Assembly (NCBI GenBank): GCA_964016885.1
Contig: OZ024740.1
Coordinates: 190,526,001-190,590,000 of the forward strand
DNA length: 64,000 nt
Direction: 5' to 3'
DNA from: Eledone cirrhosa
Taxonomy: Eukaryota
The position numbers and the translations under genes were made by a program. Below the pieces are notes generated by a model. It was not told the DNA's origin. It was given only the letters and a program-made list of their open reading frames with translations, and did no database searches. Numbering within the stretch: the first letter of the stretch is position 1; every line of letters starts with the position of its first letter. Positions 39,948-55,160 of the stretch are shown here, one piece after another.

Positions 39948-40053
39948 ATTGTTACTACTTTAGGCACAAGGCCAGCAATTAACCAGTGCATTACTGGTAC
40001 TTTATTTTATCGACCCCGTAAGGATGAAAGGCAAAGTTTACCTCGGCGGGATT
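39948..40053 (-). mobile_element. MetaSINE-like SINE 3' fragment
   Basis: Reverse complement of the 3' half of 38613-38802. Confidence 0.82.
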
Positions 40054-40310
40054 AAACTTATAAAATAATATTGAGAAATAATTTATGTCCCTTACATTAT
40101 AAACTTTCTGAGTTATACAACGTTGTTGACTTTCAAATATGTTTGGATACAAAATGAGCCTAATGCATACAATAAATACGATGAATCCTGGGGTATGATA
40201 CCTGAATCGTGTGTATAAATGTATGTTGCACACAAAACTTCAATTCTTCTCGTATTATGAGAATATCTATTAACGTGTTCTAACACATACACATTCACAC
40301 ACACACAGCT

Positions 40311-40352
<42 letters not shown>

Positions 40353-40382
40353 GTATGTGAGTGCGTGTGTATTATATATATA

Positions 40383-40464
<82 letters not shown>

Positions 40465-40744
40465 AGCCCACTCGCCGTAAGGCACCAATCACATTATTTC
40501 TGACTTGACCACTGTAACGTCAGAGTTCTTAGCCACTTTGAATTCGTTTCTGGCGGGGATCATTTAACAAAAATCTTCGTCCAAGTGAGTTTGTTTCCGG
40601 ATGGTTTCGAAACTCGTGCATTTATCGGATATTTCCAAAAAGCGAATGAAACCTCTTTGGTTTGAAACATAATTTTGGTATGCTTATATACTTTTTTCTT
40701 CTAACTTTGATGTTATACCTAATTGTGTATGGTTGACGATATAT

Positions 40745-40958
40745 TTAATCGATTTCTACGTGCTATTAGAAATGGTGGGTAAATAATCTATAGCTGTTGA
40801 TCGCGGATAGATAGCTGTCGTTTATTTATCTACTATATCTTCATAGGTGCCTTTTAATCTTATAGCCTTGTTTAATTTTTTTTTTGTGTGGTTGATTATG
40901 CTGATTGGGAGAGGAAATAATCTATATATTTTATGAAATGATTCTATGGACATACTTT

Positions 40959-40965
<7 letters not shown>
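40745..40965. repeat. Unclassified dispersed repeat, second copy at about 56870-57082
   Basis: Shared cttcatagg..tatagc..attatgct(g/a)attgggagaggaaa..tgattctat(g/a)gacat; both copies end in (TA)n. Confidence 0.7.
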
Positions 40966-40997
<32 letters not shown>

Positions 40998-41130
40998 GTA
41001 AATATATTTGTATATATGTATATATACTTTTAACAGATGTCAACGTGAATGGACCTGTTATTTTTATCTAAAGATATGTTTTCCAATTCCATCCCGCCCG
41101 TCCCCTCAATCTATCTTATTTCTCATTATT

Positions 41131-41166
41131 TCTTCTGATGAAGGAATAGCGTCCGAAACGTTAAGA
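41131..41166 (+). ncRNA. Minimal type I hammerhead ribozyme motif (Penelope-type)
   Basis: tctt-CTGATGA-a-gga(atagcg)tcc-GAAA-cg-TT-aaga; palindromic aacgtt in place of stem III. Confidence 0.8.
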
Positions 41167-42169
41167 CCCTCTTCCTGCTATATCAAGCGTTAACCTAATA
41201 TATCCCTTCCATATACTGTACCGATTGTGTTTTCATTTCTGTTTACCTTTTACATACATATATTTATACTTAACTAATAATCCGATTATACAAACAACAT
41301 TGTATTAGAAAGAGATATCCATTCAAAATGAATGCAATTACATATATCTAAAAACATCTACGCACTAGCTGACATAGTTATATTTAAATTCCTAGATCTT
41401 GAATCAAACGAAAACGTTTTGCCACTTTGTAAGAGACCGGCTGGCATTCTAATGACGTTTCTCTTCAAATTTATAAATTACTCAGTACAAAAGGTATGAT
41501 TTATTATTATCAAAGATGATGTATTCTTGATATAGCTTAAACGATGCTTGTTTGCAAATTATCCTCTAGTAAACTAAAACACACAATATAGTTCTGGCTT
41601 GATATTCTGTAGTTTGTTAAGATCTTTGCATTCTGGCCAACTGAAAGTATAACCACCTTTCTTCAAACAATTACATCGAGATAAATTTGAATTAAGGCAA
41701 ACCATAAAAAGAGTTGGTATCCGGAACCACCGGCGTATAAAGAGAAGCAAATCCGCTTCCTTTTTCCGGAGAAGCTCATCGAAATTGGCATAAAAATCAA
41801 TGTTACCGGCGTTGTATAAATAGCGGATGTAACACGGTATTACAACGGGTAAACTTATACAGAGTCGAAATTAGTGAGTGTATGCAATGGTAATAATAAC
41901 AATCATCAAAAGAATAAAACATTAAATAAATGTTGTAATAAATTTCAATGAGAATTGTTTGTCGCTGTTTATGCCACATGACTTTTAGATTCCAAACATT
42001 GCAAGGGTACGTATATGTTAACAGGTGTGCATGCACGTATAAATGTTATCCATAAATACACCTTTGACACACATGTACACACAAACACATACCTATAAAA
42101 ATACGCATACCCGCCAACATACACACAGGCAAAATCTCAAATATAGTATGATATACGTATTTATGTGTG

Positions 42170-42214
<45 letters not shown>

Positions 42215-42290
42215 CAAAGGAATTGTGGTAAGGAAACAGGTGGACCAATGCGCGCGAGAGTATTCAATACTTAGGGTAGTAGAGTGGGAA

Positions 42291-42420
42291 ATAGGAAAAA
42301 GTATGACCCCCGACGGCAGAGCTCAAGCTGTTTCGTCGGCTATTTCTGGACTAGAAATTAGTCCAGAAATAGCCGTCGAAACGGCTTGAGCTCTGCCGTC
42401 GGAGTCATACTTGTTCCTAT
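42291..42420. repeat. Palindrome, ~63-bp arms, 5-nt loop gaaat
   Basis: 42291-42353 pairs with 42359-42420 with a few mismatches and runs into (TA)n. Confidence 0.92.
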
Positions 42421-42614
42421 ATATATATATATATATATACATATTAATACAAATACCAATGTTAACGACTTACGTGTATTCTTTCATCATAACGTCCGTT
42501 TCAATTGCTATCTTTCTCTCTCTATCTCTTTCTCGCTCTCTCTCTCCCTCTCCCTCTCACTCTCTCACTCTCACTCTCTCTATCTCTCTATCTATCTCTC
42601 TCTCTCTACACACT

Positions 42615-42688
<74 letters not shown>

Positions 42689-42814
42689 AGAATTAATATC
42701 TAGTAACATATATGTACATACAGATGCGTATCAATGCTAGCAAATATATAGGTTTTGTCTTAGTAACTTTGTGGTTCAATGCATGGGGTTGCAGGCAGGC
42801 CGCTGTCTTATTAG

Positions 42815-43241
<427 letters not shown>

Positions 43242-43689
43242 GAGTATTCCAGTAATTATTTGAGGCCAATTCATCTCCTTTTTCAAATAGACTTAAATTC
43301 GCATAAAAGACTGAAGACTCGATCAGTACGACAACTCGAATTCAAATATCTTACTTAGATATTTTAATTGGTATGAGATTTGATTTATTTGGCTCAAACT
43401 TGCAGGAGTGATTGAAAACGTTTCCGGAAACTATATATATATCTGCCACGCTATGATATAGATATTATAGTTTTAAATATTGATTTTCTAATCTATTTGT
43501 GTATGCAAATGTGTATTACATGTAATTGTAGTAATAGCTTTATTTCAACTTACTGCTACACACTCTCTACATCTCCTAATCTGATGTTAGCATCGAGTTA
43601 TTTTGTTTTACCATTTCAGACTATGCACATCATTCTCTCTCACTATCCCCCTCTGTCGCTCTTCACACGTACACATACACACACACGCG

Positions 43690-43748
<59 letters not shown>

Positions 43749-43772
43749 CTGTGTGGGTGTGTGTGTGTGTAA

Positions 43773-43816
<44 letters not shown>

Positions 43817-43826
43817 GTATACACAC

Positions 43827-44263
<437 letters not shown>

Positions 44264-44299
44264 TTTCAAACTCGCTCACTGTTTCAAAACATACTTACT

Positions 44300-44416
<117 letters not shown>

Positions 44417-47400
44417 TACACATATACTCATCTATATGTGTATGTATAAATGTGTGTAAGTATGTTTGTCCACGTGATTCCTTTTACATGATCGCGTATG
44501 GTAATATGTTCGTTTAGGTCTGTGTATATATTTTCATACTTATTTCCTGTTATACAATAGTGTGCAAATCAAAGGATGAATTTCACAATTTACCAATAGC
44601 TCCAACTCTGAATAATATTGTTGCTTAATTCTGAAAAAAGAAATGTGTTTTCTGGATTTCAAAATAAAAATCGTATTTACCTATTACCTAGAAACATGCT
44701 TCTTTATAGAATATATTTGAGGTATTATGTTGATATTTTATGTATAGAAATATTAAACTTCCCGATTTAATATTTAGTCACGTGTATATCTAAAGCGATT
44801 ACAATTCAAAGACAAAGTAAGTAAATATCATTCTGATGATTAATAACACGCAAGTACAGGGTTGTAAAAATTAAAATATGTACATTAAAATGTTCTATTT
44901 CCTACTGCCGATAGAGATTAATATGAAAATGGTGTATATATGAAACAAATGTCCGGAAGATATAAAATTACTCCAACATGATCTTATATACCCTGAATAT
45001 TTGCATATAGTTTCGCATAATAGTCGAGATCAATTTTAAATTGTGCTTCTCCTTTGAACTTATTGTAAGGAAATCTATAAATTGCTTTTATTTGGTATTT
45101 TCTTTAGAACGTATATGTTTTAATTTGAGCCACCAAATATCGCACATCTTATTAATAGTAGTTTACTTATTTACATCATTTATTTTTCACCTCTGAAGTC
45201 ACGATAATCCTCTCGACTTTTCCTAATTACAAAGATTCTGGAATGTCCTTATTTGTAGTTCTATGCTTTATTTTACGTTTTTATTTATACAACTCTGTAT
45301 ATTTTGTTTTATTTATTATCTATTTTCATTTTTCAAGTAATCAGCAGTAGCAAAAAGTACATGAGTTATTGTTATCTTCATAATTACTAAAGGTGATCCC
45401 ACAAAATGTGCATGTTCCTATTTCCATCCTTTTTGTAAATGTTCCTCTATTATCTTCTCTTTCGGTCTTGCTCCTTTCTCTCTCCGGTTCCCTATATCTT
45501 TCTCTCTTTCGTTTTTATTTCATTTATCAGTACCAACATTATTTTACTCACTTTCTCAGGATATATCTCTGCTACAATATTGACCTAGGATTAAGACACC
45601 CCTCGTTCATGTTCCTTTACCTACAACGTCCATCTGATTTCTTCCTTCGTGTCGTGTGGTTGTTCTATTTTCTATATATAATGTCTCTGCATTCTTCGAA
45701 ATGTATGTCTTGCAGATAACCCTGTGATTATGAACTGTAGCACCTGACAGTGTTACGATATACACTAATATGATATATATTAAAGTGTGTCTTCATTTTC
45801 ACACATGCTAAATTGTAAACAGGCAAATTATTGATCAACAGATAGAAAATATTTTCGTTAATATTATCATGGTTATGATAAACAAAAGAGATTGGAAATA
45901 TATTTAAACGCAGACTAAAATATTATCAACCATAATATAAGTTGCTAGTGAAAGTTAGTGATCGGTTGGTCAAATAATATCCGTTGTTGTATATATTCAG
46001 TTATCTCCATTTTCAATTCAGCTTAGATTTCTTTTCAGCGCAGTTCAACATGGCGTAACCAATATCTATCGAAACTATTAATCACGACTGGATTTATTGG
46101 ACAAAACTATGATAAATGTTGTCTGGGTAAATGATCAGTCGTAATATCTACATCAAGTTGTTTTTTTGCGTGTTCTAAATATGTCTGTTCTGGAATCCAT
46201 ATTAGCCATATTGCCCTTAATTTTCTATTAGTATATTGAAGAAAATATCACGATTTGAACGTTATGCTTTCTCTGGTGGCATAATGAGTATAATATGTTA
46301 AATGATAATTCTTTCATACATTAATGAGTTATTTGCACAGGAGGCTTTAAAGTACCCTGGTTGCAAAACACAGGTCCTAAAATGCAATGGTCTATATGAT
46401 CCTCTGGACATAGAATAATACTTTGTTTTGCTATATATAAATGATATGGAAAAGAAAATAACATATTGGTAGGCATAGATAGTTTGATTAGCGTGAATAA
46501 CGTAATAGTATAAATACTTCTAAAGGTATTCTAGAGTAATATATGTTATTGATTTAACCTTGCTATGTGACATTATAGCATTAAATATGGCAAAACATTG
46601 GTAAGGCATTTTAACTTTCAAGATAGTTATTCTCTGTGTGATATATACATACTTTTCGCCAGCAAATTGCTTATTGTCCATACTCGAAATCAAGTGTCAG
46701 AAATAAAAAAGAAAATAACTTTTCTAAATATTGAAATGGAAATATGTTTAAATGCTGACATGACTTATGTGAGTTTCAGCATGTTTCAGCATGTAAGTGT
46801 AATACCAAATTTTACAACTAGAAATAGAAATACTAATTTAAGAAGCAGTTAATATGCTATAAATTATAGTATTAGGTTAAGAAATAAGGTATGGTAGTTG
46901 AGGTGAAATGGTATTTTTTTCTGAAAATAAACTTCTATCCCTATCTTAATTTTTGAATATACATCTCATTGCACATTTCCATAAAAATTGAAACAATTAT
47001 TTGATTATATTGAACATTCCTTCTAATCTAGATAAGGGGTTTTAACTTTTTATTCAAAACATTGGTTTGGATCAAGATAGTCACGAGTTTATTCTACATG
47101 CATACCCCTAAGGCATAATAATATATATCACAAAACAAATAACATCAAACGCACCGAGGAAGTTAATTCATAGAATATGCTATGAAATAAAGAATTACAG
47201 GGCTTATTCCCTGGCCCCATTCATTGCACATTTGTCACATAATCATTGTTAATGTCTTCGGAATTATAACATTTCGTGTCCTACTATGAATTTTCTGATA
47301 TTCTATCAAAGCAAACGAAATACCTGTAATGTATTAATTCAACTTGTCTTAAACAGTAGGTGTGAGTATATTTGATCCTTAGACATATCTACCTAGATGG

Positions 47401-47953
47401 CACTTCATATCCTAAAGACCGAGACAGATCGAACATTAATATATACAGTACAAAACTCTACCTAGTGTTTCAAGAAGAAATCTGTACACAAGGACAATAG
47501 TAATTCAAGTAATTGATTTGTAAATTAAATCTAGGATGTTTTAAGAACTATTCCGGACAGTACGCTAAGCAGAGAAAGCAAGTATTATACGTGTTCCTGT
47601 TACAAAGCTTAATCGTACGGTGCAATATATACTATATAATATTATACTACAGATATTTTTACGAATATAGATATGTGATCGCATGTAGATATATGCAAAG
47701 TTCAAGAGGAATGAGAATTTAATTTTAGTATACTGTCCCATGAAATAAAAAAAATTATTCTCACCCTATGAAGTAAAGTCGCAATATATTAAACATTTCA
47801 GCTATTTGGAGTTTTCAAGGAGTTTCTTTGGTTGTGTTAGTACATATAAAATTATATTTCATATTCAATACAGGATTAATGTTCTGTTACAAGCAATCTG
47901 AAATTATATACGCATATGTTATTGATTATGAATATAACAGTACTTCGACATAC

Positions 47954-48002
<49 letters not shown>

Positions 48003-48036
48003 TATATCTATATGTAAAAATATATATATATATATA

Positions 48037-48219
<183 letters not shown>

Positions 48220-48526
48220 GTATGTATATACATATATCTGATCTTTAATGATTAAATGATTACATGCGGGAAATCATTGTTGGCAGAATTTTAGTGTAAA
48301 GCATTAATATTGACAGTTTAAATATACCATATAATTCAACATTTGAATTTCTAACCAATAGTAAAGAACATATATATTTATTTTTCATTTACATATATTT
48401 CTACATAGTCTGTAAGCATGCCTGTACAATTGACAAAACATTCCCAGTGCCTATCATCATAGGCATATATATATATATCTATATAAAATATATATATATA
48501 TATAAAATTTCGCTATTTTATATTGC

Positions 48527-48596
<70 letters not shown>

Positions 48597-48602
48597 CATT
48601 TG

Positions 48603-48680
48603 ATCGTTTTGGAAGCCTCAAAAATGCAGATGGGTACATCTCAGGGTAACAGAATCCGGTTCTGAAGAGAAAGATGTGCT
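48603..48680. repeat. Unclassified dispersed repeat, second copy 59692-59765
   Basis: cgttttg(g/t)aagcctcaa.aatgcagatgggta.atctc.gggtaacagaatccggt..tgaagagaaagatgt; both copies lie near (TA)n. Confidence 0.8.
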
Positions 48681-48987
48681 CACCATCATCTTTTCAGCCG
48701 AAATCAGGATTGGGGTGGACGAGCTGGAAAGATTTTACTCCTCTTTCTAGCACAGTAACTCTGAAGTAAGCTGCTAATTTATACATTTATATATATATCT
48801 ACCTCACTCTATTTCTCTTTGTCTGTCTCTGTAGATATCTTCTTTCTATATATGTATATATCCTTTCTATCTCTCCTTCTCTCTGTATATCACACCATCT
48901 CTTTTGTATATATCTGTATTGTCTCTCATCCTTTCTGTATTTTTCCAACTCTCTCTCTGTTCTTGTCTCTCAGTCACTCTCTCTATC

Positions 48988-49021
<34 letters not shown>

Positions 49022-49526
49022 AATATATATATATTGGTAAAAGGAAAGTAAAATGCTGACAAATTGTTCCCAGTGAAAAATAGCTTAATTAGGAATAAGT
49101 AAAAATTAGTAATAGTATTGGTTATTATTCAGTTTTGGTTTTAAGTTTTTACCGGTTGCGCATTACTAATGTTTTTAAAAAATAATTTTGAGATAGAGCG
49201 CCCGTGATGTTTGCTCTAATCTGATTAGTTTTGGAAATTCTACCTCTTTTATGTCAAAAAAGTGGCTCCAGATGTATGAAAAAATTATTGTGGTCAAAAC
49301 AATTTTGATTGGTCGGTAGAGGTCATGTGAATCTTAAACATTGATTTTGCGCCAAATGTAGGTTTGTCTCGGCTGATTGAGAAGTCACTGAAAAATAAGT
49401 CTTTCAAGACAAATGTGTGTGTGTGTGTGTAGTAGTAGTAGTAGTAAAGAGGTTCGTTGCTGTGATAATGGTCAGCAGGGATGTGTGTGCGAACCGCAGC
49501 CTGTTGACAGTTCAAATGCCTATTAA

Positions 49527-49529
<3 letters not shown>

Positions 49530-49622
<93 letters not shown>

Positions 49623-49635
49623 CGTGTGTGTGTGT
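49530..49635. repeat. (TG)n microsatellite in the Penelope 3' region
   Basis: Directly visible. Confidence 0.95.
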
Positions 49636-50289
49636 AGCAGAGTAATTCGTGGTAGAGGGATGGTCAGTAGGAATGTGTCTGTACGTGTGTGGGGGACATT
49701 TTAACATGTTAAAATATATTTTTCAGCTCGTCTCATACGGAGAAGTGTGTGTGTGTGTGTATGTCTCTTTGTATGCTAATGTACGCGTGTGTATGTGTGT
49801 GTGTGTGTATATATGTGTGTTTGTGTGTGTGTGAGAATATGTGTGTGTGTAGGTGGACCAGTATTTTTGTGATACTGGTAACAATGGTGTACATTATTCG
49901 ATATTTTCAGTAAAAACGATTCTCTCAATATGACATCAAAAACCTTAATAATAAAAGGTGTGAACTGATATATAGTATTGGCATAATACCGAGGTGTGTG
50001 TGAGTGTCCAGATTGTACGTACTGCAAGGGGAATCCATTAGGCATTGCCGTATTGGAATACTTGTGTACAAATATGTATGTGCCCATAGTGTGCAATGCA
50101 TGTGTGCGTTTATGTATGTGTGTGTGTCGGCACGTTTACATCTATATATATCAAAAGGTATGCAAATTTGTGTTTATTTGTGTTGCACCATAGAACGTGT
50201 GTTTACGTATGTCATTGTTTTTATATGTGGATAGAGATGTATACTGATGTAGGTATGTATGTTGACGTGTGTATGTCGTGGGTTCGTCT

Positions 50290-51600
50290 TAGGGAGAAGT
50301 GTTTAGACGGGGTCCGTATTTGTTAATAAAGTGAGATTCCTTGCTGATGCGCTGGGTGTGGGTGGCATTATCTTTAAATTTGTAGAGAGGAAAGATTCTG
50401 AAGTTTGGATGATTCTGGGCGGCACAGGTATCAATGTGCTCACTCAGTGGTATTTTCCTGTATTACCGTATTTTAATTTGGGATCTATGGACAGTCATGC
50501 GTTGGCAGAGGCTGTCTTTGTCTGGCCTATGTATTGTTATCGACAACCTGAGCAAGTTAATACATATATTAGATTTTCTGATGCGCATGTGAAATTGTGT
50601 TTTACTATAAAACGTTGTCCTTCTTTGAAATAGAATTCCGAACCCTCTATTAGATTGATGCATATGCCACAGTTGGTTCTATCGCATTTTTTTACTGTGG
50701 GTTTCGTTGTTGTGGTTGGCAGTACTTTGGCATGTGTTAGGATGCTTTTCATTGACTTAGATTGTCTTTTGCTCTTTATGATATCGTGTGTCGTAGGATT
50801 TGGTTCATTCTCTGGTCCTTTTTCAACACAGGGATGTTCTGGAGGATGGTGTCAAAGGCCTCATTGTTGAGGGGGTTGTGTGTGGAGATGTATGGAAGAG
50901 CTTTTAGTTTCGGTTGATTTACTTTAGGGTGTCTAAGATCCTGGGTACTCAGTTTTAGGGCACGTTGGATTACATTGTAATTTAGTGATGCAGGGTAGTC
51001 CCTGCTTATGAGTGTGTCCTTTATTTCTTGTAGCCGTAAGTATCAGGTGTTTTTATTGGAGACTATAGTACAAATTCTCTTGGCTAAGTTGTAGGGAGTA
51101 TTAATTTTAACGTGTCTAGGGTGGCAAGAGTTGAAATAAAGATATTGCTTGGAGTCTGTGGGCTTGTAGTATATGTCTGTTTCTATTTTTTTGTTATGGA
51201 TCTTAATGAGGATGTCGAGGAAGGGGAGTTGTTGATGGCTGTATTCAATCGTGAAGTTAATATTCGTGTTGAGCCCATTTATAAGGGTGTAACATTCTTT
51301 ACGTTTCTCGAAGTTTTCGTGCCAAAGGATGAAGCAGTCATCTAGATATCGCTTCCAGTTCCTTTCTATGTGTAAGTGGAGATTGTTTCCAAATGTGTTT
51401 AGTACTTTAGTGTAGAGGGTGATTTCCAGGTATCCCATGACTAGGTTGGCATAAGTGGGGGCTGTTTTCGTTCCCATATCGGTCCCAGATTTCTGCCTGT
51501 AGGGTTTGTTATTGAAAACGAAGTAATTGTTCTCCAAGATAAATTTTGTGTCCCTCTATCACGAATTCTTTTTTGATGCGTTGTGGGAGTTCATTGTGGT
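50290..51600 (-). pseudogene. Penelope RT C-terminus plus GIY-YIG endonuclease (disrupted)
   Basis: YRQKSGTDMGTKTAPTYANLVMG, WKRYLDDCF, LPFLDI, YYKPT, SCHPRH; CDRTNCGIC..FTCASENLIYVLTCSGC.QYIGQT. Confidence 0.9.
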
Positions 51601-53221
51601 AAATAGGCATTTGAACTGTCAACAGGCTGCGGTTCGCACACACATCCCTGCTGACCATTATCACAACAACGAACCTCTTTACTACTACTACACACACACA
51701 CACACATATTTGTCTCGAAATACTTATTTTTCAGTGACTTCTCAATCAGCCGAGACAAACCTACATTTGGCGCAAAACCAATTTTTAACATTCACATGAC
51801 ATCTACCGCCCAATCAAAATTGTTTTGACCACAATAATTTTTTCATACATCTGGAGCCACTTTTTGTTACTTAAAACAGGTAGAATTTCCAAAACTAATC
51901 AGATTAGAGCAAATATCACGGGCGTCTATCTCAAAATTATATTTGCAAAGCATTAGAAATGCGCAACCGGTAAAACTTAAAACCAAAACTGAATACTAAC
52001 CAATACTATTACTAATTTTTACTTATTCCTAATTAAGCTATTTTTCACTGGGAACAATTTGTTAGCATTTTCTTTTCCTTTTACCAATATATCATAACTC
52101 GTGTGTTACACATCTATTCTTTTAAATATATATATATATAAAAAGAGAGAGAGAAAGAGAGATGGTATCATTATAGATCAACACACCACTTAATTTTAGT
52201 GGGAACATTTTTTCCTCGCTTCTTTTTCGCATCCTAACAACTAATCTAACTTTAAGATACTGGGAACGGGAAACAATGGAAAAATGTCATTAATACACAC
52301 CCACTCACACACATACACACACAAGCACATACCCACATTCACACTCACAAACAGGCACACAGACACACACATACACGCACACTAACACCTGTTCCACCTT
52401 TCGAACAACATACTCACACACTAACAGTTTATCTTTAAACCGTTATCCCCTTCAACATCACTAATTGACTAATGGACCTATCAACACATTCAAGCCGAGT
52501 ACTTGGCGTAGCTACCGATGGTCTCTGTCGGATAGAAGGAACATTTATAGGTACGAAAAACTGACATATGGATTTTTCCCGAGATGCGCCTTGAAATATG
52601 GAACTGTTTTACTCACACTCTTCCAGTGTCCGTGCATTAATAACTTGTAGAATATAACTGTTATTACGTGTGTGACCGAATCCATTGGGAAGATCGTATC
52701 ACCGTCTGCTTTTGGTGCTGAAGGGCAAGCAGCTTTCCTCTGCCCGGTGGCAAGCGCGAATGAGGTTATGTGGTGGGCCAGCTTGAGAGGATTGGACTGA
52801 TTGAGCAAAATTGGTATTGGTTGCACTCCCTTATACGTAAGTCTCCATTCAATGAAGTATTTGATGAAATATGAATTCGTCAGTGCACAGTGAAAATATA
52901 TTTAGGAAAGATAAACGGTAGAGTATGGAAATTAGATGAATCTGACTGCTGTTCTAGTAGTCTCGGTTCTTGTCATTTTCAAACTACCACTCCCTATCTA
53001 CTGACCCTTAATCACGTGACCATTCATCCATTAGAAATGATTATTTGAATTATAATTCATTCAATATTGCTTGAATCATTACCTAAACAGTTTAAGGTTA
53101 CTTGTTTTATAAATTCCGGAAAAAATGGTGTCAGGTAAATCTATTTTTAAAACCGCCTTGTTTTAGTCTGTGTAACTTCCACACAAATATATTTGGGATT
53201 AAGTTCATATTATATATATTA

Positions 53222-54074
53222 CTAGCAGTGGTACACGGCGTTGCACGGCATAAGTTATTTTGGAACGCGGGCCGCCAACAGACCTAATCTCTGGAGAAAC
53301 TGCATGTCTGGGCAATATGTAAAGAAAATAAACCGAATTCTCTGATGGGTGGATAATCTTTAAGATTTTCCTCGATGAAGCAGGGAAAATGCAGGTTTTC
53401 ACCTAATGCGAGCCCTAGCGGATCAAGAAAATGAATTTTATTTATGTTCATAATATGCCTTGAAATTTCGGGAAAATCTGCTCTAAAAAGATGAAAAAAT
53501 AAAGTGTTTCACCATAAAAAGTTGGATTTTCTTGGCTTACCTTATGAAGAAGAGACTGACTAATACATAGTTACAATTTATAGGAAATCGGGCTGATGAA
53601 ACGCTCCAAAAAGAACCATAGAAAGCTTAAAAACGCAGTTGTTCAACTAATGCGGGCCCTAGGAGATCAAAATGTTGAATGTCTTTGTGTGCATAACACT
53701 CGCTGAAATATAAGTAATACACATGTAAAGGTTGAAAAAAATCGGTTGGGTACTTCTCGAGTTTTAGGGATTCAAACACACAGAGACAGACATCCTCGGT
53801 GAAATGACGTCATGCAGACTTCAGACATACAGACATATATTATAAGGGCGCGACGTTATATGTATGTATCTATCTAAAAATAAAAGACTAAGAATTATAG
53901 AGAGAGATCGCTAAATCGCCTAATGTGGTCCCTAGGGTATTGCTCAGAACACTCCCTGAAACATAAGTATTACATGTGTAAAGTTTGAAAACAGTCGGTT
54001 TGGGTGGTTCTCGAGGTTCAGGCATTCAAACTCACACCCACACAAACATACATCCTCAGTTTTATATATATAGA
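53222..54074 (-). mobile_element. Non-autonomous Helitron-like element
   Basis: On the - strand it begins A^TCTATATATATAAAA and ends ccgtgcaacgccgtgtaccactgCTAG^T (GC-rich imperfect hairpin then CTAG), inserted between A and T. Internal repeats at 53400/53645/53917 and 53713/53967. Confidence 0.72.
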
Positions 54075-54226
54075 TATATTTTATATATAGAGTGTTTAAA
54101 AATATATAGGTCATTTCTAACCACACTTTATTAGTAACCACCAAGCGCCTTCTCCCTTTCAATTCATATATACACGCACACACGCACACACACTCATAAC
54201 ACACGCATACACACACACAGATACAG

Positions 54227-54290
<64 letters not shown>

Positions 54291-54405
54291 TAAAATATCA
54301 GCTCTACTGTTCTTATTTATTTGACATATATTTATCCTTATCGAGCCCTCTTTGGATTTTAGTCTTCAAATTTATTATTATTACCATATATATATATATA
54401 TATAA

Positions 54406-54501
<96 letters not shown>

Positions 54502-54503
<2 letters not shown>

Positions 54504-55000
54504 CCATGGATGGGTTCTCTCCAACAGTCTCTGTCCATCATCATCGCTGACATGTCCTGCGTCTCCAAGAGACCAGTGCCTGTCCTTAGGGCATAAAATA
54601 TGTCAACCTCGGTCTTCCGCTTCCAGTGTGTCCATTCAGGGGCTCCCACAGGAACACTGAGAGCAGTGTCAACTCTTGATGTCGGTGAGCATATCCAGCT
54701 AACCCCAGTCTTCTCTGTGCTATGCTCAAATTGACATTTGGATGGCTCCCGTACAGTTCTGAGTTCTTCATCCTCAGTGTATACTGATTGATGTTCAGAG
54801 CCATCTTCAGCCTTCTCGTGTAGCACCCATCCACCATCTGAGTGTGTTTCTTTGTCAGTGTCCAAGTCTCAGGCCCGTTCAGCACCACAAACTCCACTAC
54901 AGCAAGGAAGAGAGTGATTTTCAGATATCTACGAAGAACCGACTTCCACAATGATCTCAAACTCTGGCACGTCCCCCAAGCTTTCCTTTTCTGTATTCCC
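54502..55000 (-). mobile_element. RTE-clade LINE 3' fragment
   Basis: [53 protein letters not shown]. Confidence 0.82.
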
Positions 55001-55020
55001 AGTCTTCGCTCCCAGATACA

Positions 55021-55160
55021 GGAATTCCATTCAACTAATTTCTATTGAACTGAATTACTGTGATATGTTCTGTGTGATGGGCATAATTGTAGGTCTAATA
55101 TTTTCCTTCTTTTTGTCTTTCAATCACTACCTTGGCACATATGAAAGTGCGTCTTTATTA
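55021..55160. repeat. Unclassified dispersed repeat, second copy 61655-61792
   Basis: gaattccatt.aactaatttctattgaactgaattactgtgatatgttctgt..cacatatgaa is shared. Confidence 0.85.

Larger units (their letters stand above)
49030..52091 (-). mobile_element. Penelope-like element (Cys-rich linker, Neptune-like), 5'-truncated, with an inverted ~495-bp terminal duplication
   Basis: RT and GIY-YIG fragments on the - strand. 49030-49524 is the reverse complement of about 51602-52091. Confidence 0.9.

Noticed and set aside
44520-47950. Possible host exons in AT-rich unique-looking DNA
   Set aside because: I saw no convincing ORF, motif or repeat structure. Small exons cannot be excluded without RNA data.
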